From Octopus bimaculoides (taxonomy: Eukaryota): 64,000 nt of DNA. The notes beneath the pieces are model-generated. The model worked only from the letters and a program-made list of their open reading frames with translations, was not told the DNA's origin and made no database searches. Below are positions 1 to 13,439 of this stretch, in pieces (position 1 is the stretch's first letter; the number at the start of each line of letters is the position of its first letter). The stretch lies in the NCBI RefSeq assembly GCF_001194135.2, contig NC_068983.1, positions 142,840,264-142,904,263 on the forward strand, read 5' to 3'. Made by a program: the position numbers and the translations under genes.

Positions 1-516
1 TCCTAATGTACACCGTCTGAAAGGTATTTGTAGAAAATGTCATTAAAAAAGACACATTTTCTGAAAGTTATGAGGAAACAAACCCAGCCTTGTGAACTTT
101 CCGAAACTCCTCTCTCTCTACCCTCGGATAAAATTTTTCCCAACAAATTCCGATGTAATCGTAATGTACATAATCTGCGTATTTGTAGGCAATTTCACAA
201 CAAAAAAAATGTTCCTTTTTCTGGAAGTTATGAGGATACAAAGTCGAGCGACTTTGTGTAGGTATGTCGGTTCTTTATTTGACCGATCCTGAAAAGAATA
301 AAAGCTAAGTCGAACTCGGCGGGATTTGAACTCAAAACGTGAAGAACCAGAAGAGATACCGTAAGGTATTTTGCATGACGCTAATGATACTGCTAATAGG
401 TACAAGGCTTGAGACGTGAAATGGGTTTGAGGTTAAATCGACCTCAGTGCTTGACAGATACTTTATGTTGTCGACCTTGAGAGGGATAAAGGGCGAAGTT
501 GATTCAGTAAGATTTG

Positions 517-1322
517 GGATCTATTTTAAAACGGGGGCGCCAGTTTTCATTTATGTTTTATGTAGTGTTTTTGGTACGGAAAGACTTTCAAACTTCGTAT
601 ACTTATCTATTTTGTGTTATAGAACAGAAAAATATTTTTGTATTCGAATTTATTTCATGTAAAAAATTGTCTTATTTCGATAATTTCTACTAATCACTGA
701 CGTCTATTCAGTTGAAAACAGTTAGCGCTGTAACGGCGTATATCGTATTAATCCCCTAACCCTAACTAGACTGTTAACCGTAACCGTAACCCTAACCCTA
801 ACTACACTGTTAACCCTAACCCTAACCCTAACCCTAAAACTAACCNNNNNNNNNNNNNNNNNNNNNNNNNNNNNNNNNNNNNNNNNNNNNNNNNNNNNNN
901 NNNNNNNNNNNNNNNNNNNNNNNNNNNNNNNNNNNNNNNNNNNNNNNNNNNNNNNNNNNNNNNNNNNNNNNNNNNNNNNNNNNNNNNNNNNNNNNNNNNN
1001 NNNNNNNNNNNNNNNNNNNNNNNNAATTTATTATATAAACAATATATGCGTATAAATTACGATTAAACCGGATGAAATATGTCACAGGGAATAACATTTT
1101 TATGACCACCCAGCAGTAACTCTAGTCAGCTGAATAGACGTCAGTGATTGGTTGAAATTACAGAAATACGACAACTTTAACATGGAATAACTTGCGAATT
1201 CCTTTTTTTTTGTTAAGAAGACTAAGAGTAAAAGATGTTTTATATGACACATTCTACCAGTGTCCCAAGTTTCAAAGTGTTTCGTTAAGAAAATACTGGC
1301 GCCCCCGTTTTAAAATAGATCC
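517..1322. mobile_element. Non-autonomous DNA transposon, GG...CC termini, 8-bp TSD (Merlin-like), with internal (TAACCC)n
   Basis: Perfect 27-bp TIR GGATCTATTTTAAAACGGGGGCGCCAG and TSD AAGATTTG at 509-516 and 1323-1330. It interrupts a SINE, and has a telomeric-type array at ~753-845 running into a gap. Confidence 0.85.
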
Positions 1323-2006
1323 AAGATTTGAACTAAGAACGTAGAGACGTAACTAATGTTCATTTTTAGTATAGAAAAAAGATGATTTTTCACGTTAGCC
1401 ACAATGCTTAGATCTCTTCTAAAATGTTAACATTTTTCACTGATTGTACTCAGTACCCAGTGTAATAGAAATCTTTTATCGTGGATCTAAATTAATCCAC
1501 TCCATAAACATGTCCAAGATATTAAATGGATTAGTGAAAACCGTGTATAAAAACATGTAATTTATATTTGAAAAAGAAGGAAAAGAAAAAAGAACAAAAA
1601 GCAGCTTCTAACAATACTATTTCCCAACATTTAGAGATCAAAGAACGAACTGATCAAAGGCTCATCAATGTCTATTACTTGTTAATATTTTAAGATATAT
1701 ATATTTATATATACACACACATCTCTCTCTCTCTCTCTTTACACGGATACATACATGCACGCAAAAAATCTCCAATAAGCAACTTTCATCGAGTGAGCCT
1801 CATTCATTTGTAGAATGGAGACAAGTTTAACCTTTACTAGTTAACCATTGTTTATGATGGCAATTTAAGGCAATGAGCCAGTATCCAGTAGTCATGTCTT
1901 TTCTGTCTTTTTCATTTGACGTAGAGAAAGACTGGTAGCGAGCTTAATCAATGATTTTATTCAGAGCAATTACTCGTATTCTTCCTCGCGTCCCTTTTCT
2001 ACTTAC

Positions 2007-2182
2007 GCCAATGGCATGATATTTTATTCGTCATTTTCCTTGTGCTCCATTACTTATGGAAATAATACAAAATGCCAAAATATCGCCCAATTTCCATTCA
2101 CCATTACGTTAAACATTTCTTCCCTTTTGTGAGTAATTGACATGTCATTTTATTTCATTACTTCAATTACCAGAGATATGCG
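2007..2182 (-). other. Candidate minus-strand exon of a neighbouring gene (mostly 5'UTR, ending ATG CCA TTG GC|gtaagt = MPLA)
   Basis: On the minus strand: acceptor ttgatttttcag| at 2183, consensus donor GTAAGT at 2006, ATG at 2017 with A at -3 and an in-frame upstream stop. No downstream exon was identified in the window. Confidence 0.3.
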
Positions 2183-2209
2183 CTGAAAAATCAAGTTATT
2201 CCATATTTT

Positions 2210-2246
<37 letters not shown>

Positions 2247-3339
2247 ACATAGAGAAATTTAGATTTTAAACTATTTTATATTATTTTTTATGTTGAATTA
2301 ATGGCGTATATTAAAGAGCTCTGCTAAGTTGCTGTCTTTGATATACACGAAATGTATACTGAGAAAGTAATTGGGATGTAACAATAAATGTTCGACTTCA
2401 ACGAATTACAAATTCCATTCATACTTGTTCCAATTAGATTTTCCTGAACAGTCTGATTGAAATAAATGTTTAAGTTATCTTAAATTCTTGAATATTTTTT
2501 TAAAGTTCAGTAGTCATTATCATTTTGGAACTATCATTCTCATTTTTGATATTTCTAAATTTCTTTATTATGCAGACCAATCAGCGTTTTTAGTTTTAAT
2601 ATTTTTGAATTCCTTCATTAGGATTATGATTATTATTTTGAAGTAAACCAGCTTCTCGAGCCTTCCGTCAATCAACACCGACATTTTTTTCTGTTAACTT
2701 CTTATATTGCCTTCATGTCTGTTCTTGTGTTTATCTTACATGTTTCACATCTATCGACTTTTTAACTCTGAGTAATGTTTAAAAAATGTAAATGAATATC
2801 AATAATATGAGCAAACGAGAAATGGGTTGGCATTGTTGTAATATTTGAGTTTTAGACACCAAATTAAACGCACGCTAGTAGTGCACGTCGTAGATATTAT
2901 CTCAATAATACGTTCTCTTATCTCTAAGCTTTAACGACAAATCATTAGATAAGATAGAAAACAAAAGAATACATAAATATTAAACACGATAAAAAAAATC
3001 CTAACAGATCCCTTTCTTTTATATTTACGTAGATATTTAATTTTTCATTTTTATTATAATTTTCAATTATAAACGTCTTTATAATTTGAAAAATATAATA
3101 TTAACAAAATTAGTTGTGCATTGTGAAATTAGGGGATATTGTTTATGTCTTAATATTATTATCTTTGCGTTGACAAACGAGCAATATATTGCTGGTTATA
3201 ATTTATCGAATCCAAGGAAAAGCAATCACAGAAAAGTTGCAAAAAACTTTTAATAGATGAAATTGTAATGTCTCTTTTGTTCCATTGTTGTAAGAAATAT
3301 TGAATAAACGTCATTTTTTTGTATAAATCTTTAAAATGT

Positions 3340-4548
3340 TTCAGCTTCAAAGCTGCGATCATGCTGGGGCACCACCGTTGACTGTGACCATTATTTGAAA
3401 CCCCCTCTGATATGTGGAATTTGGTGAATGAGGGGGTTTGATGCCGCTGCCCTCATCTGTGTTTCCTACCGCGAGGTAGGCTCATCTGCAACCCTTGACA
3501 GGAGGAGATCTAGTTTTGTTTTGAAAACACATCCATACCATGCAGGTCTCTCAGGAATTTTGGAAGGATATTGAAGAGCTGTGGGCTCTTGAAACCCAAG
3601 CTGCTGCAGTATCTGGTCCTGTATTTTGATGGAGATGATGGGATCTTTGGTACTATGCAGTGACGCCCCGTTCTGCTGTTTGTGTAACTTTCAATGCCAA
3701 ACTTTGGTACAAGGCCTTCCAGGATTTTCCAGATATATATTACTGGATATCTTTCCCGCCTTCGTTCGAGGGAGAAGAGTTTTAATTCTATCAGTCTTTC
3801 CCAGTAGCTAATACGTTGCATTAAGACGATTTTCTTTGTGTAGCTTCATTGGATTGGTTCGAGTTCTGCCGTAATTTTTAAATTGTGTGGTGACCATTGT
3901 TGGGAGCAGTAGTTCAAGCAGCCGAGGACGTATGCTCTCTAAAGGACCATCATTGTCTCCTTTTGAAAGTTAGGAGGATCATCCAGCTAGCCGTCTGCAT
4001 TTTATTACCAAATTGATAATATGTACTTCGAAAGATGCATTATTGCTCATGTCAGTGCCCAGGTCACGCACTGATTATGATTCAGGGATCGCAATTCCTC
4101 TTTGGCCAGTGTTCCTGTCTGTATGTCGTTCAGTTTGGTGCGCTGGTAGCACAGGGTTTGGAAGTGTTCTACATTAAGCTGCATGTTGTCTTCAGCCCAC
4201 CTGTATATTGCATCCAACTTCCGTTGCAGATGTGTAATATTTTCTGGATTTTGTATTGTCTGAGAGACTTTTGTGTCATCTACATAGCTAGCAAGGGTGG
4301 CTATCTGAGCAGCTGAGGGCATGTCTGAGAGGGCCACTATGAATAGATGTGGCCCTAAGGCAGTGCGCTGTGGAACACCACTTGCTATTTGTGTTTCCTT
4401 GGAGGTGGCTCCGTTGGTCACCACTGCCTGACGTCTATCTTTCAGAAAGTCGTGCAGCCACTCTCCAAGTAATTCGCTTATGCCGAGATCACGCAGTTTA
4501 TAACATATCATACCATGGTCGACTTTATCAAAGGCTTTTGCAAAGTTG
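3340..4548 (-). mobile_element. 5'-truncated CR1-clade LINE (RT domain plus 3' end), degenerate
   Basis: Minus-strand ORFs with FAKAFDKVDHG, SGVPQRTALGP, YVDDTK and YWERLIELKLFSLERRRERY, typical of CR1-type RT. The 3' tail GGTGGTGCCCCAGCATG lies at ~3360-3378. Confidence 0.88.
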
Positions 4549-5882
4549 TTTTTTTCTTTCCCCTTTCTTTTACTCTTCGCTTTTTTTGTTTTGTTTCTGA
4601 CAGCTTTTGTTCTGTCGGTTTTATGTTTGTCTTTTCCTTTTTCGGTTCTCACAACTCTTTGGTCTTCTAACGTATTAGGAGCCGGGCCTGTATCATTGCT
4701 TCCTTCGTTTGCAGGCCTCTCAGTCGCGGGTTTGTTTTTTTTTTGTTTTGAAGGACCACAGGGTCCTGGGAGCTTTCTCCATCCTTTTTGTCATCCTTGG
4801 TGCAGTCATTTCCCAGGATGATGTCAAGGGTGCCCACGTGCTGTCTAATTAGAGCATATGAACGGAGGAATTCGCGTTTCTTCCGCTCTGTCTAGGCTGT
4901 GGTTCTGGGAAAACCATTNNNNNNNNNNNNNNNNNNNNNNNNNNNNNNNNNNNNNNNNNNNNNNNNNNNNNNNNNNNNNNNNNNNNNNNNNNNNNNNNNN
5001 NNNNNNNNNNNNNNNNNNNNNNNNNNNNNNNNNNNNNNNNNNNNNNNNNNNNNNNNNNNNNNNNNNNNNNNNNNNNNNNNNNNNNNNNNNNNNNNNNNNN
5101 NNNNNNNNNNNNNNNNNNNNNNNNNNNNNNNNNNNNNNNNNNNNNNNNNNNNNNNNNNNNNNNNNNNNNNNNNNNNNNNNNNNNNNNNNNNNNNNNNNNN
5201 NNNNNNNNNNNNNNNNNNNNNNNNNNNNNNNNNNNNNNNNNNNNNNNNNNNNNNNNNNNNNNNNNNNNNNNNNNNNNNNNNNNNNNNNNNNNNNNNNNNN
5301 NNNNNNNNNNNNNNNNNNNNNNNNNNNNNNNNNNNNNNNNNNNNNNNNNNNNNNNNNNNNNNNNNNNNNNNNNNNNNNNNNNNNNNNNNNNNNNNNNNNN
5401 NNNNNNNNNNNNNNNNNNNNNNNNNNNNNNNNNNNNNNNNNNNNNNNNNNNNNNNNNNNNNNNNNNNNNNNNNNNNNNNNNNNNNNNNNNNNNNNNNNNN
5501 NNNNNNNNNNNNNNNNNNNNNNNNNNNNNNNNNNNNNNNNNNNNNNNNNNNNNNNNNNNNNNNNNNNNNNNNNNNNNNNNNNNNNNNNNNNNNNNNNNNN
5601 NNNNNNNNNNNNNNNNNNNNNNNNNNNNNNNNNNNNNNNNNNNNNNNNNNNNNNNNNNNNNNNNNNNNNNNNNNNNNNNNNNNNNNNNNNNNNNNNNNNN
5701 NNNNNNNNNNNNNNNNNNNNNNNNNNNNNNNNNNNNNNNNNNNNNNNNNNNNNNNNNNNNNNNNNNNNNNNNNNNNNNNNNNNNNNNNNNNNNNNNNNNN
5801 NNNNNNNNNNNNNNNNNNNNNNNNNNNNNNNNNNNNNNNNNNNNNNNNNNNNNNNNNNNNNNNNNNNNNNNNNNNNNNNNNN

Positions 5883-6125
5883 AGAATTGTTTCAGAATCG
5901 TTTGTTTATGTAGTCGGCACTTAATGTATATCGGCTGAATGGACGTCAGTGATTGGTTGAAATTACAGAAATACGACAACTTTAACATGGAATAACTTAG
6001 GGATTTCTTTTTTTTTTAAAGAAGACTAAGAGAAAAAGATGTTTTATATGACACATTCTACCAGTGTTCCAAGTTTCAAAGTGTTTCGTTAATGAAAAAT
6101 GTGGCCCCCGTTTTAAAAAAGATCC
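5883..6125. mobile_element. Right arm of another Merlin-like copy (remainder in the gap)
   Basis: Near-identical to 1135-1322 and ends ...TTTTAAAAAAGATCC. Confidence 0.75.
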
Positions 6126-7404
6126 GAAAGGGATGAGACAGAGGAAGGATGGGTTGTATAGTTATGAATGTGCAAATATTATTTTCTACTCTAGGCACAA
6201 GGCCCGAAATTTTGGGGGAGGGGGTAGTCGATTAGATCGACTCCAGTACGCAACTCATACTTAATTTATCGACCCTAAAAGAATGAAAGGCAAAGTCGAC
6301 CTAATAGACATGCAGATATTGTATGTATATCTACACAGGCATAGACGTTACAGGAAACTATACCATTTGAACTAATGTAGATCACAAGCTATACCAGAAA
6401 CATGTATGTAGATCACATACGACACAGGTATCATTCCCAGACCGGGCGTTGTGAGTGTTTATTGAACGAAAACACCTAAAGCTCCACGAGGCTCCGGCAG
6501 GGGATGGTGGCGAACCCTGCTGTACTCTTCCACCACAACTTTCTCTCACTCTTACTTCCTGTTTCTGTTGTGCCTGTAATTCAAAGGGTCAGCCTTGTCA
6601 CACTGTGTCACGCTGAGAACTACGTTAAGGGTACACGTGTCTGTGGAGTGCTCAGCCACTTGCACGTTAATTTCACTAGCAGGCTGTTCCGTTGATCGGA
6701 TCAACTGGAACCCTCGTCGTCGTAAGCGACGGAGTGCCAACAACACTGGCAGCGATTTTTCTTTGTAACCGCATATAGTACTATCGAAATTGAAATAATC
6801 TTTTAAAATATAGTGTACTGGTCGTACTTTTGAGCTACATTTCAACTAGAAACCACTTTACTTCTAATTACATCGATCTCTTGGAAGTTCTACAATACTT
6901 TTTTCCGGGAGCTAATAATTACACGTTTTACTAACACAGCGCCATCTTGATATACATCTTAATGTATATTCAAAATATTCTAATCATTTAGGCAATTATT
7001 TATGATATCTAAATGAAATGTATTTTGTTTTCTTTGACTCTGTTTCCGTCCGTTTTTATCAACTTTGATGGGACGAAAGGCAAAAGTAGTCTTAACAAAA
7101 TTTAAATACAGAACCAAGAGTATATTGTTTGTAATCATTAAAGTATATAAAGCTCCTTCCCATGTAATATAGACTCATAGGGCCGGTTTCCCGGATTCAC
7201 TGGCGTATGTACTCACCCTCTGGACGGTACGCCTGTCCCTTGCAAGGACACCCATTTTTGCCAGCCCAGTGAACTGGAGCAACGTGAAATGAAGTATTTA
7301 CTCGAGAACATAATGCATCGCTCGGTCCAGGAATTGAAACCACCATCTTACGATCATGAGTCTAACATCCTAACCATTAAGCCACCCGCCTCCACTTTGT
7401 AATT

Positions 7405-7622
7405 ATAATCTATTCTACTATTGGCACAAGGCCTGGATTTTGTGGGGAGAGGGCAGTCGAATTCATCGACTCCAGTGTTTCACTGATACTTAATTTATCG
7501 ACCCCGAAAAGATGAAAGCCAAAGTCAACCTCGGCGGAATTTGAACTCAGAACGTAGCGGCAGACGAAATACTGCTAAGCATTTCGCTCGGCATGCTAAC
7601 GATTCTCCCAGCTCGCCGCCTC
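7405..7622 (-). mobile_element. Short SINE family; further copies at ~270-395, 6170-6305, 8195-8350, 10630-10760, 14975-15190, 48940-49160
   Basis: Shared core GTTCTGAGTTCAAATTCCGCCGAGGTTGACTTT...GGTCGATAAATTAAGTA in both orientations. Confidence 0.85.
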
Positions 7623-8479
7623 CCACTTTGTAATTGTAATACCAAACTAAAATGCTCAGTATAACTCCGCCCTTCTATGGTCTGAATTTAGATCGCACAG
7701 GGTTTATTTTACCTTTTCATTCCTGCAGGGGCATAAACTGAATTCCTTTAATAAACTGAAGTAGATTAAATCGACAATAACTTTCTTTTCTACAGGACTT
7801 GACCTTCTTCCTAGTGAGAAAAAAAAAATGTAATTCTTATAAATCTAAAATTAAATTGTTAAAACCTCGTTTTATCAAGACAATTGGAGTCCGTTCAAAA
7901 AATAATTTTTATTGATTACTGCAGAAATTGGTTGTAATCCATCAAGATAATCTTTTTATCAAGAAACACTTCAATTTCCAGCACACAATTTATAACAATT
8001 CATCAATTCAATTTATGTATCATTCTTACAAAACATTGATAGTTTCTAACAGAATATAATTTAGTATAATTTATCAGTATAGTGTCTAAACCTTCCTACA
8101 TCCACCCCCAACGGACAAATCTCATAAATGTAGTTTATTGTTTTATAATAATAATATAACAGTAAACTACAGATATGAAATACAAATACATCATCAGAGT
8201 GATGAACTTGCAAAACCGTTTGAGCGTCAGAAAATAATGTCTTGCAGAATTTCTTCCAGGTCTTTACGTTCAAAGTTCAAATTCCGCCAAGGTCAACTTT
8301 GACTTTCATACTTTCGTGGTCGATAAAATAAAATACCTGTTAAGTTGCTGGTCTTGTACTTTAATAACAATTAGAATACAAAGTATTAGAATACAAAGTA
8401 CAAGGCAGAAGCCAGTTTTATGTTAATTATTATGAATCTCAGCACTCAAGTGAAAAATTAGGACTATAGTGCAAGACGA

Positions 8480-9108
8480 GGATCTTGTTCAAAACGGAGG
8501 CACCAGTATTTTCTTAACGAAACACTTTGAAACTTGGGACACTGGTAGAATGTGTCATAAAAAACATCTTTTTCTCTTAGTCTTCTTAAGAAAAATTATT
8601 ATATTGCAACTTATTTCATGTTAAAGTTGTCGTATTTCTGTAATTTCAACCAATGACTGACGTCCATTCAGCCGAATACAGTAAGTGCTGACTACGTAAA
8701 CAAACGATTCTCAAACGATTCTGGCGGTGATAAAATTATTATTTCCTTGTCAAAAAATGGCTGAAGCATATTGGCAGTAGCTAATAAACCTTTCTATTAT
8801 AGGCACAAGGCCTGGTTTTTGAGGGAAGGGTTAGGGCAAATGTTGTACACATACAGTTCAGGCAGATGTTAACGAAATTATATTTAAAATAAAACGAAGG
8901 AAAACGAACACACGTGTGTTGCCTCTCTGCAAAATTTGAAATTATCGAAATAGGACAATTTTTTACATGAAATAAATTCGAATACAAAATTTTTTTTCTG
9001 TTCTATAACACAAATTAGATAAGTATACGAAGTTTGAAAGTCTTTCGGTACCAAAAACACTACATAAAACATAAATGAAAACTGGTGCCCCTGTTTTGAA
9101 CTAGATCC
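8480..9108. mobile_element. Same Merlin-like family, opposite orientation to 517-1322
   Basis: GGATCTTGTTCAAAACGGAGGCACCAG ... CTGGTGCCCCTGTTTTGAACTAGATCC termini, with both arm types recognisable. No TSD was found, and only a residual GGGTTAGGG remains near 8829. Confidence 0.75.
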
Positions 9109-12100
9109 CTATTATGAAATGCCAGAAAGTTTTGTCGCGAATCTTTAATTTGGTCATTGAGATGCATTGAAAGAGTGCGACGAAACATTTCAACACTTTA
9201 TAATAGACAGAATTAATAAGAAGTAAATGTTTTTGTGTATTCTTAAATGGCAAAAATGACTCTCATAATGTAATTTGCTTCAATATTATAATGTAAAAAA
9301 CTTGAAGCTAATTATCATAATGTAAATATATTAAGATCGTATATTCCATAAATCATTTGTGGCTCATTAACATGACTCATCAATATAAATGTAATGTACC
9401 GGGCACAAGACAAGATTAGCATAAACCTTGTTCGTCAACCATGACCTCTCTATCGCATGAACACATTTTTCCTTATTAACATTGATGATAGTAGCCGTCG
9501 TCATTGCATTGATGAATAATTTACTCCATAAAGACTCGTTTTACCAACTATTCAGTGTTGTTAAGAATTTTCTGTCTGAATTGCAGAGTTAACTATATGA
9601 ACAGTAAGCCCCCCCTCCTTTTCTGAAATCTTGAGGAAATGGGCTTTGCGCGATCTTTTTTTTTTTTTTTTCTTATTCTCTTTCACTTGTGTGTGTGTGT
9701 GTGAAAAACTTTCTTGTGCAAGCAACTAAAGTAAAACGTTCATTATTGCTACTGAAATCATTGGAAGTAGCCATGCTTTCTATAGGGATTCACCCTATAC
9801 TTTCAACAATTTCAAATTCAGTTCAAAGATGAATTTGGAAGGGTTATTAATAACACAACGCACAATATGATGCCCAACTAGTTCTGAATCACAGTTTTTT
9901 TTGGTTGTTTAGANNNNNNNNNNNNNNNNNNNNNNNNNNNNNNNNNNNNNNNNNNNNNNNNNNNNNNNNNNNNNNNNNNNNNNNNNNNNNNNNNNNNNNN
10001 NNNNNNNNNNNNNNNNNNNNNNNNNNNNNNNNNNNNNNNNNNNNNNNNNNNNNNNNNNNNNNNNNNNNNNNNNNNNNNNNNNNNNNNNNNNNNNNNNNNN
10101 NNNNNNNNNNNNNNNNNNNNNNNNNNNNNNNNNNNNNNNNNNNNNNNNNNNNNNNNNNNNNNNNNNNNNNNNNNNNNNNNNNNNNNNNNNNNNNNNNNNN
10201 NNNNNNNNNNNNNNNNNNNNNNNNNNNNNNNNNNNNNNNNNNNNNNNNNNNNNNNNNNNNNNNNNNNNNNNNNNNNNNNNNNNNNNNNNNNNNNNNNNNN
10301 NNNNNNNNNNNNNNNNNNNNNNNNNNNNNNNNNNNNNNNNNNNNNNNNNNNNNNNNNNNNNNNNNNNNNNNNNNNNNNNNNNNNNNNNNNNNNNNNNNNN
10401 NNNNNNNNNNNNNNNNNNNNNNNNNNNNNNNNNNNNNNNNNNNNNNNNNNNNNNNNNNNNNNNNNNNNNNNNNNNNNNNNNNNNNNNNNNNNNNNNNNNN
10501 NNNNNNNNNNNNNNNNNNNNNNNNNNNNNNNNNNNNNNNNNNNNNNNNNNNNNNNNNNNNNNNNNNNNNNNNNNCATTCATTAAATTTATCACTATAATT
10601 TTTTTCGGGTTTTCTTGGCAAAAATTGATTACCAAAGTTTGGCTCAACGCCAACAATTTCGGGGAAGGGGCTCGGTTGATTACATCAATCCTCAGTGTTC
10701 AACTGGTACTTATTTTATCGACCCCCGAAAAGATGAAAGACAAAGTCGACTTTGGCAGAATATTACCAAGCTATTACACTGAGATTTTCTAAAAATTGGC
10801 ACATGGCCTATTAGATCCACTCAAATAGTTGAGTACTTATTTTATCTGCCCCAACGGGATTTTAATTTAGAATGTAAAGGTATCTGTCTACATAAACGCA
10901 AGTCTTAAAAAGAAATCTGTTCTATAAGCTTTTCAAATGATTTATTCTCATGGGATAATTTCAAGCTATTGATTAGTCCCGTGTTAAACTCGACAGCAAG
11001 CCTTTGATAAAAAGCATTGTAACCATGACTATCACGTCTATTTAGGACTGCAATATTGAATGAGTCCTGTCCTTATCTAAGACGGTAAGTGATTCAGGGT
11101 GGGGTGGGGTGGCTGCTATTTCCAGTAGATTGGGCGATCACATAAAGGCGCATTCGGTAGCTGAGGCAAGCATGCCTTTTTTCAGCGCAGCATAACCGAA
11201 TTTATTTTCCTAGTTTCTTCATAATACATATTTTTTAATGAAATTTTGCAGCGAAACGTTTGCGAAGATGTAGCTGATTCTTTTATTCTTTGATACGGTT
11301 CAGCCCTAAGGTTGTGGCCATGCTGGAGCATCATCAGTGATGATTATATTGATAACATTTTTTTCATGAATATTCTTTTTTAATCTCGGAAAAGAAGTTC
11401 ATACCTTTTTAAATATTCAATAACTTGCTCATGGTCATTACACAACCTGAAAAATACGACATTTAACCTGAAAGCATGACACAAAAAAATTCACAGTTTA
11501 CATTTAGCCTATGGAAGAGTACTGAATACTTTCAACTTGTACACAGTGTAAACTGACTATTATTATTTTTCTATTGTGCTTTCCAATTTCAGATTAATTT
11601 AAGATGTATTTTTTATAATGTGCAATGAACAAGTTACTGAAAGACATGGAGTTCTTTCTGAGGATAAAAAAGAAGAAAGAAAAAAATATCAATATAATCA
11701 CCTGCACCTTCCGGAAACGTCTCCCTGCAAAATATCATTAAAAAACATCGAAAGTTATTAAGAAAGTTATTAAGAAACAAAGTCGGCGGGGACCAAATTG
11801 TACCTATGTTCTCTAATACCAACTTAAGGTTCTTCGACCGAGAAGCCAAACAGATATCCACTGAAGCTTTTTTTTTTTTTTAACTTGAAGGATTTATAGA
11901 CATGTTCCATTTTCTAATGGCCTTAGTAACTTTCATTTTCATGTCATTCCATTATAATAAAAAAGAAAACAAAAAAAAAATTGACAGTTTATTGGCGTTA
12001 TTAATATTTTTTAAAGAATTGTATTAGATTACTGCATGTCACGACATTGTAATTTATCAAATAATACCGCCGATAGACACTTGTGTCTCAATTGCATTCC

Positions 12101-12301
12101 ACTTCTAAATTTGGAACCTGTACTGGGAATATTGTACTGGGAATATTGTACTGGGAATATAGTGTCAGTTTCTTTCGATATTAGCAGCACAATTGACACG
12201 AAATGGTTTCCTCGTCTACTAACATCATTGCAGAAGATTTTCACGTCATAAAAATCTCCCACTTCGTAGTTATGAAAGAAAGAATGTAATGTTGTTTAGC
12301 C

Positions 12302-12560
12302 CAGTGGTTCCCAACCCTTTTCAGCCCAGGGACCATTTTTTACTTGAAAAAATTGCTAGGGACCACTTCTACTTTTACTTTATGCTGTTCTTAATGAAAA
12401 GACAAAATAGTCTGTTTACACTTTAAAATTTATTTTAGCAAACAAAAAATAAAATTTTTAATTTGTTTTAGTAAACAAAGATAAACACAAGATATCAAAA
12501 TCATTTTTCATAAAGTCATTCATTTTTAGTCCATTCAGCTAGTGACTAGCTTGATATTTA
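12302..12560 (+). mobile_element. hAT-type MITE, 5' part
   Basis: Begins CAGTGGTTCCCAACC, a typical hAT/Charlie-like terminus. The other end was not found (adjacent gap). Confidence 0.55.
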
Positions 12561-13439
12561 GTGTTTTTGACACAAGATATCATAATCAATCTACTATATA
12601 TATATATATATATATNNNNNNNNNNNNNNNNNNNNNNNNNNNNNNNNNNNNNNNNNNNNNNNNNNNNNNNNNNNNNNNNNNNNNNNNNNNNNNNNNNNNN
12701 NNNNNNNNNNNNNNNNNNNNNNNNNNNNNNNNNNNNNNNNNNNNNNNNNNNNNNNNNNNNNNNNNNNNNNNNNNNNNNNNNNNNNNNNNNNNNNNNNNNN
12801 NNNNNNNNNNNNNNNNNNNNNNNNNNNNNNNNNNNNNNNNNNNNNNNNNNNNNNNNNNNNNNNNNNNNNNNNNNNNNNNNNNNNNNNNNNNNNNNNNNNN
12901 NNNNNNNNNNNNNNNNNNNNNNNNNNNNNNNNNNNNNNNNNNNNNNNNNNNNNNNNNNNNNNNNNNNNNNNNNNNNNNNNNNNNNNNNNNNNNNNNNNNN
13001 NNNNNNNNNNNNNNNNNNNNNNNNNNNNNNNNNNNNNNNNNNNNNNNNNNNNNNNNNNNNNNNNNNNNNNNNNNNNNNNNNNNNNNNNNNNNNNNNNNNN
13101 NNNNNNNNNNNNNNNNNNNNNNNNNNNNNNNNNNNNNNNNNNNNNNNNNNNNNNNNNNNNNNNNNNNNNNNNNNNNNNNNNNNNNNNNNNNNNNNNNNNN
13201 NNNNNNNNNNNNNNNNNNNNNNNNNNNNNNNNNNNNNNNNNNNNNNNNNNNNNNNNNNNNNNNNNNNNNNNNNNNNNNNNNNNNNNNNNNNNNNNNNNNN
13301 NNNNNNNNNNNNNNNNNNNNNNNNNNNNNNNNNNNNNNNNNNNNNNNNNNNNNNNNNNNNNNNNNNNNNNNNNNNNNNNNNNNNNNNNNNNNNNNNNNNN
13401 NNNNNNNNNNNNNNNNNNNNNNNNNNNNNNNNNNNNNNN

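Noticed and set aside
753-845. True telomere or chromosome end
   Set aside because: The array lies between TIRs with an 8-bp TSD, so it is internal to a transposon.
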